Made by a program: the position numbers and the translations under genes. A stretch of 39,288 nt of DNA, taken from positions 1 to 39,288 of the forward strand of contig NW_021835386.1 of the NCBI RefSeq assembly GCF_006345805.1, read 5' to 3'. This stretch comes from Octopus sinensis (taxonomy: Eukaryota). Of this stretch, positions 35,656 to 39,288 are shown piece by piece. Each line of letters opens with the position of its first letter. Within the stretch, counting starts at the first letter, position 1. The notes beneath the pieces were generated by a model. The model was not told the origin of the DNA. It saw only the letters and a list, made by a program, of their open reading frames with translations, and did not search any database.

Positions 35656-36139
35656 ATTATAATTCTATTCTAATCAATGTAGCTAGCATAGTGTTCCTAC
35701 ATAACTACTTAATTTGGTCACTTATTATAATATTTTTGTTGTTTGTCTCTTCAACATTTCATGCATAGTCATCTCTCATAGTTTCGTTCTACTTTCCATT
35801 TTCATCACAAACGTTCACACTCATACCTTTACTAGATTTCTTTAATGAAATACCTTTTCTGCTATTGTATCTTGAAATTCGTGGAAATCAAGAATAGTTA
35901 TGATTTAATATTTAATATTTCGGTTGATTGATTATCCAAATGTTGTCCCACAGTCTTCTGAATACTTTTCATCTTTCATTTTTAATGTCTCTTATAATTT
36001 GTTTTCTTTGAATTAATTTTTTTTCATTTAGCAACACATTTTTTTTTTCTAAATTGTAGCAACAATAAGAAGGCACGAATTCTGAGCTGCATCTATTAAT
36101 TATTTGGGCTCACATTACAAGATATGAAGAAAGCGAGAG

Positions 36140-36330
36140 CAACAGAGAGAGAGAGACAGACAGACAGAGAGATGAGGAGAAAAAACGGCAGGGAGAGAGA
36201 GAGAGAGAGAGAGAGATAGAGCGGCACGGGGACACAGAGAAAAGGAGTGAAGGAAATACAGAAGAGAGGGTTGGAGGGAGGTGCGGAGAGAGCGAAAGAA
36301 ATAGGGGGAGACAAGCTGAATAAGAAAGAG

Positions 36331-36366
<36 letters not shown>

Positions 36367-36385
36367 TTATATATATACATATATC

Positions 36386-36408
<23 letters not shown>
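36140..36408. repeat. (GA)n-rich and (TA)n microsatellites
   Basis: Directly visible. Confidence 0.9.
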
Positions 36409-36416
<8 letters not shown>

Positions 36417-36847
36417 AATTTAAAGGACTGACCACTAAAAGTGGACGGTCAACATGCTAGATATAGACGTCAAAATCACTAATTTCCACGAAGTGAAGGC
36501 ATTTGAAAGATACACATAAATATAATTTGTTGGGCTCAATGCATGCGGGACTCCGGTCAAGCATTTTTGTATCTACTCCTGCATATTATATTTCTATACG
36601 ACAGACTATGCTGACGAGATTGCAGTTTTCCACGTATCCATATGCGTGGATATTAACAATCAAAACTGATCGGTACATAGGTAATCATTAATATTTCGTA
36701 TCGTTTGTCTTGCTTATTTTTTACGCTTTGGTTTGTGCTGAGTTTTTATTTGAGAACACATTCTTCGTGGAAAATAGCGATTTTGACGTCTATATCTAGC
36801 ATGTTGACCGTCCACTTTTAGTGGTCAGTCCTTTAAATTTTGTATGT
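36409..36847 (+). mobile_element. 439-bp element with 85-bp inverted arms enclosing a hammerhead motif
   Basis: Arms at 36409-36493 and 36763-36847 with 3 mismatches in 85 nt. HHR at 36606-36680. Confidence 0.8.
36606..36680 (+). ncRNA. Type I hammerhead ribozyme with G12A substitution
   Basis: Stem I CUAUG/CAUAG; CUGACGA; stem II GAUUG/CAAUC plus UCCACGUA/UGCGUGGA; AAAA in place of GAAA; stem III ACUG(au)CGGU; GUA site 36673-75. Confidence 0.75.
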
Positions 36848-36939
36848 AAAAATATTTTAATCTTCGGATTTTTTTAATATGCTAGGCCACTGGTTTTAAT
36901 TGATTAATATCAATTTCTACCCTTATTCAATTTTAAATA

Positions 36940-37031
<92 letters not shown>

Positions 37032-37321
37032 CATACGTATATACATACATATATACATACATATATACATATATATAGAGAGAGAGTGAGAGGAGTGGAA
37101 GGAAGGGAGAGAGAAGAGAGGGCATAAAGAAAGAGAGTGTTAACAACGTGTGCGTGCTTGCAGGTACACAAGACTCATACACATTCAAATATAAGTTTTC
37201 AGTAAACTTCTAAATAATTGTTTTTAATGTAGGCAACAGAGCAGAAATATGAACATATATTAAGATTGATTATATTGATATAATGATCTAACGCATGAAG
37301 TATTTTACCTGACTTCCTAAA

Positions 37322-38421
37322 ACTGAAGGTCCTACGTCAGCTGGCTGCACTAACCATCCAGAATTTAGATTATGTTTTTGAATAGATCCAATGACATTTT
37401 CATGGAATGAAGCTGCAGACATTTGCAGTAAGGACCGAGGTCAACTTATCCACATTAAAAATTTAGAAGTAATGAAATATCTAAAAACATAGCATCAACT
37501 GAGTGACATTCCATCTTACACAAGCACTCACACAGACACACACTCACACAAACACATACTCACACATACATATACACAAACATACACACACATACGTGCA
37601 CACACACACAAACACACTCTCCCCTCTGTCTCTCTCTATTCCATCTGTCTCCCTCCCCCTCTCACTCTCACCTGCACAAATGTACATCGTATATATCTAA
37701 TATCATAAACTGTTTAATAACATTCTTATTTTAAGTCATTCTGCCATGTTGTTAATAAATTACCGGCCTTGTTCTAATTTCCCTCTAATATATTCTGTCT
37801 ACCCTTTGATAATTTCTTTTATGTTGAGCAAGTAATGGATAAAATCTCGAATATAAGCTTTGAAGAAAATCTCGAATATAAGCATTTAATTTCGTAAATA
37901 TATTGTAAAAAAAAAATTATATTATTTATTTCCAATGCGTTAAAAATTATTTAAATAATACTTTATTTTTGATTTTGCTCTTTGTAATATAACTAGAAAT
38001 TCAAATATAACGCTGAAACAAAGGAAATATTCCGTTACAAATCGTATTGTTATAAATTGTTAGATATTTTATGAACTTTAATTTATGTTTAATCAATATT
38101 TTTGTATTATAGAATACCTCTTGGACTATATATATCTTCTTCTGTATTAAAAACGACCGCTGTATTAGTTCAAATTAGGGTTCTTTATTAATTGTAAGAG
38201 GCAAATTTCTGACAATATGAATATATTTTAAATGAAATTTATCCCTTCAATTTTATTTTTATTTTCAACTAATTCAGTGCCAATGCTTTTAGTGCCAATG
38301 CTTACAGAGTCGATTAAATTGATTAACATATTCATGACAATCATTCTATAAAGCTCCAGTAATAGGAACGGCTACGTCCAGTCTGTTCAATTTTGAATTC
38401 ATATGTGAACAGACGAAATAA
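37322..38421 (+). pseudogene. C-type lectin domain gene remnant (at least 2 exon-like segments)
   Basis: 37322-37489 reads GCTNHPEFRLCF*IDPMTFSWNEAADICSKDRGQLIHIKNLEVMKYL (C..W.EA...C....L..I motif). After acceptor CTTACAG (38307) a frameshifted segment ends ...FEFICEQTK* (38421), the typical CTLD terminus. Confidence 0.55.
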
Positions 38422-38701
38422 ATAATTTACTTGCTTTATTGGTCAGCTCATTGCCATTCATTAGCAAATATTTAGCACTTCGTTGAATTTTATATGTATA
38501 AAACATAAAACATGGTAGACGCTAAAGTATTTCCTTACTGTTGCTGAAGTTTTCTTGCCATACAGCTGGAGAGATTTCAGTATATAGTTTACTAACGTAA
38601 ATAACAGGAAATTAAATTAAAATAATATATACAATACGACATAATTCAATGAAGAGATTATTGTTTCTTACATAGGCATAAAGCCTCAAATGTGACTGCT
38701 T

Positions 38702-38704
<3 letters not shown>

Positions 38705-38742
<38 letters not shown>

Positions 38743-38778
38743 TGTGTGGTGTGTGTGTGTGTGTGTTTGTGTGTGTGC
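38705..38778. repeat. (GT)n microsatellite
   Basis: Directly visible. Confidence 0.95.
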
Positions 38779-39288
38779 ATGTCTATGGGGATGAGGGATG
38801 ATGGCATTTCTCCTATGGACTGCACTATGTTTATTGATCGTGGGTACAAAAAAGGTTTATCACTGGGAAATTAGTATTATATATATATATAAAGAGAGAG
38901 ACAGAGAGAGAGAGAAATATGAAAGAAACGTTTGTTACATTTTTGGGCCAATACACATGTCTACAGCTTTTGGTAGTCCGAGTTTGTGAAGTTGTGTGTA
39001 AAGGACGCCTTTGTAATGCTGTGTGTGTGTGTGTTGTCTGTAGTGGGGTTGGAAATAGCTATTCAATGTGAGCCCGTTTTAATCTATCAACAGAAATGGT
39101 GTCTTTACGACCGTTAATGTCTAAAGTGAAAACTCTATCTGTACAAGAAAGCACACGAAAGGGTCCTGAATGCTGTTAAAGGATGTTTAACAACATCGTT
39201 ACGAACAAAAACATTAATCCAGGAAGAATAGCCCTTAGTCAAATATGTTTTAATGTCTTGTTTTCTGGTGTGCATAAGTTGTAACTTT

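Noticed and set aside
1-39288. CRISPR arrays, rRNA or tRNA genes, prokaryotic operons
   Set aside because: None seen. The tRNA-like A and B boxes belong to SINE heads.

Overview
AT-rich eukaryotic, largely non-genic DNA. It is very probably from an octopus (coleoid cephalopod), judged from recalled Octopus-type tRNA-derived SINE sequences and the extreme (TA)n/(ATT)n/(GATA)n microsatellite load. Nearly all supplied ORFs are microsatellite or transposon artefacts. The window is a layered transposon graveyard: (i) R4/Dong-clade restriction-endonuclease LINE copies from several subfamilies, all on the minus strand and mostly embedded in (ATT)n arrays, one near full length; (ii) two Penelope-like element (PLE) remnants; (iii) RTE and CR1/L2-type LINE fragments, mariner and pogo relics, two old Gypsy-like pol relics and two SINE families; (iv) a decayed C-type-lectin-like gene near the right end. 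The most interesting signal, not shown by the ORF track, is a series of hammerhead-ribozyme (HHR) motifs in small TA-flanked elements. One has an intact catalytic core inside a 377-bp partial tandem repeat with no adjacent ORF (retrozyme-like, 25557-25615). One lies inside an 85-bp inverted-repeat element (36606-36680), and others are at 26744-26812 and in the PLE 3' end (22425-22460), with further decayed copies. All structures were folded by eye; none has been tested computationally or experimentally.
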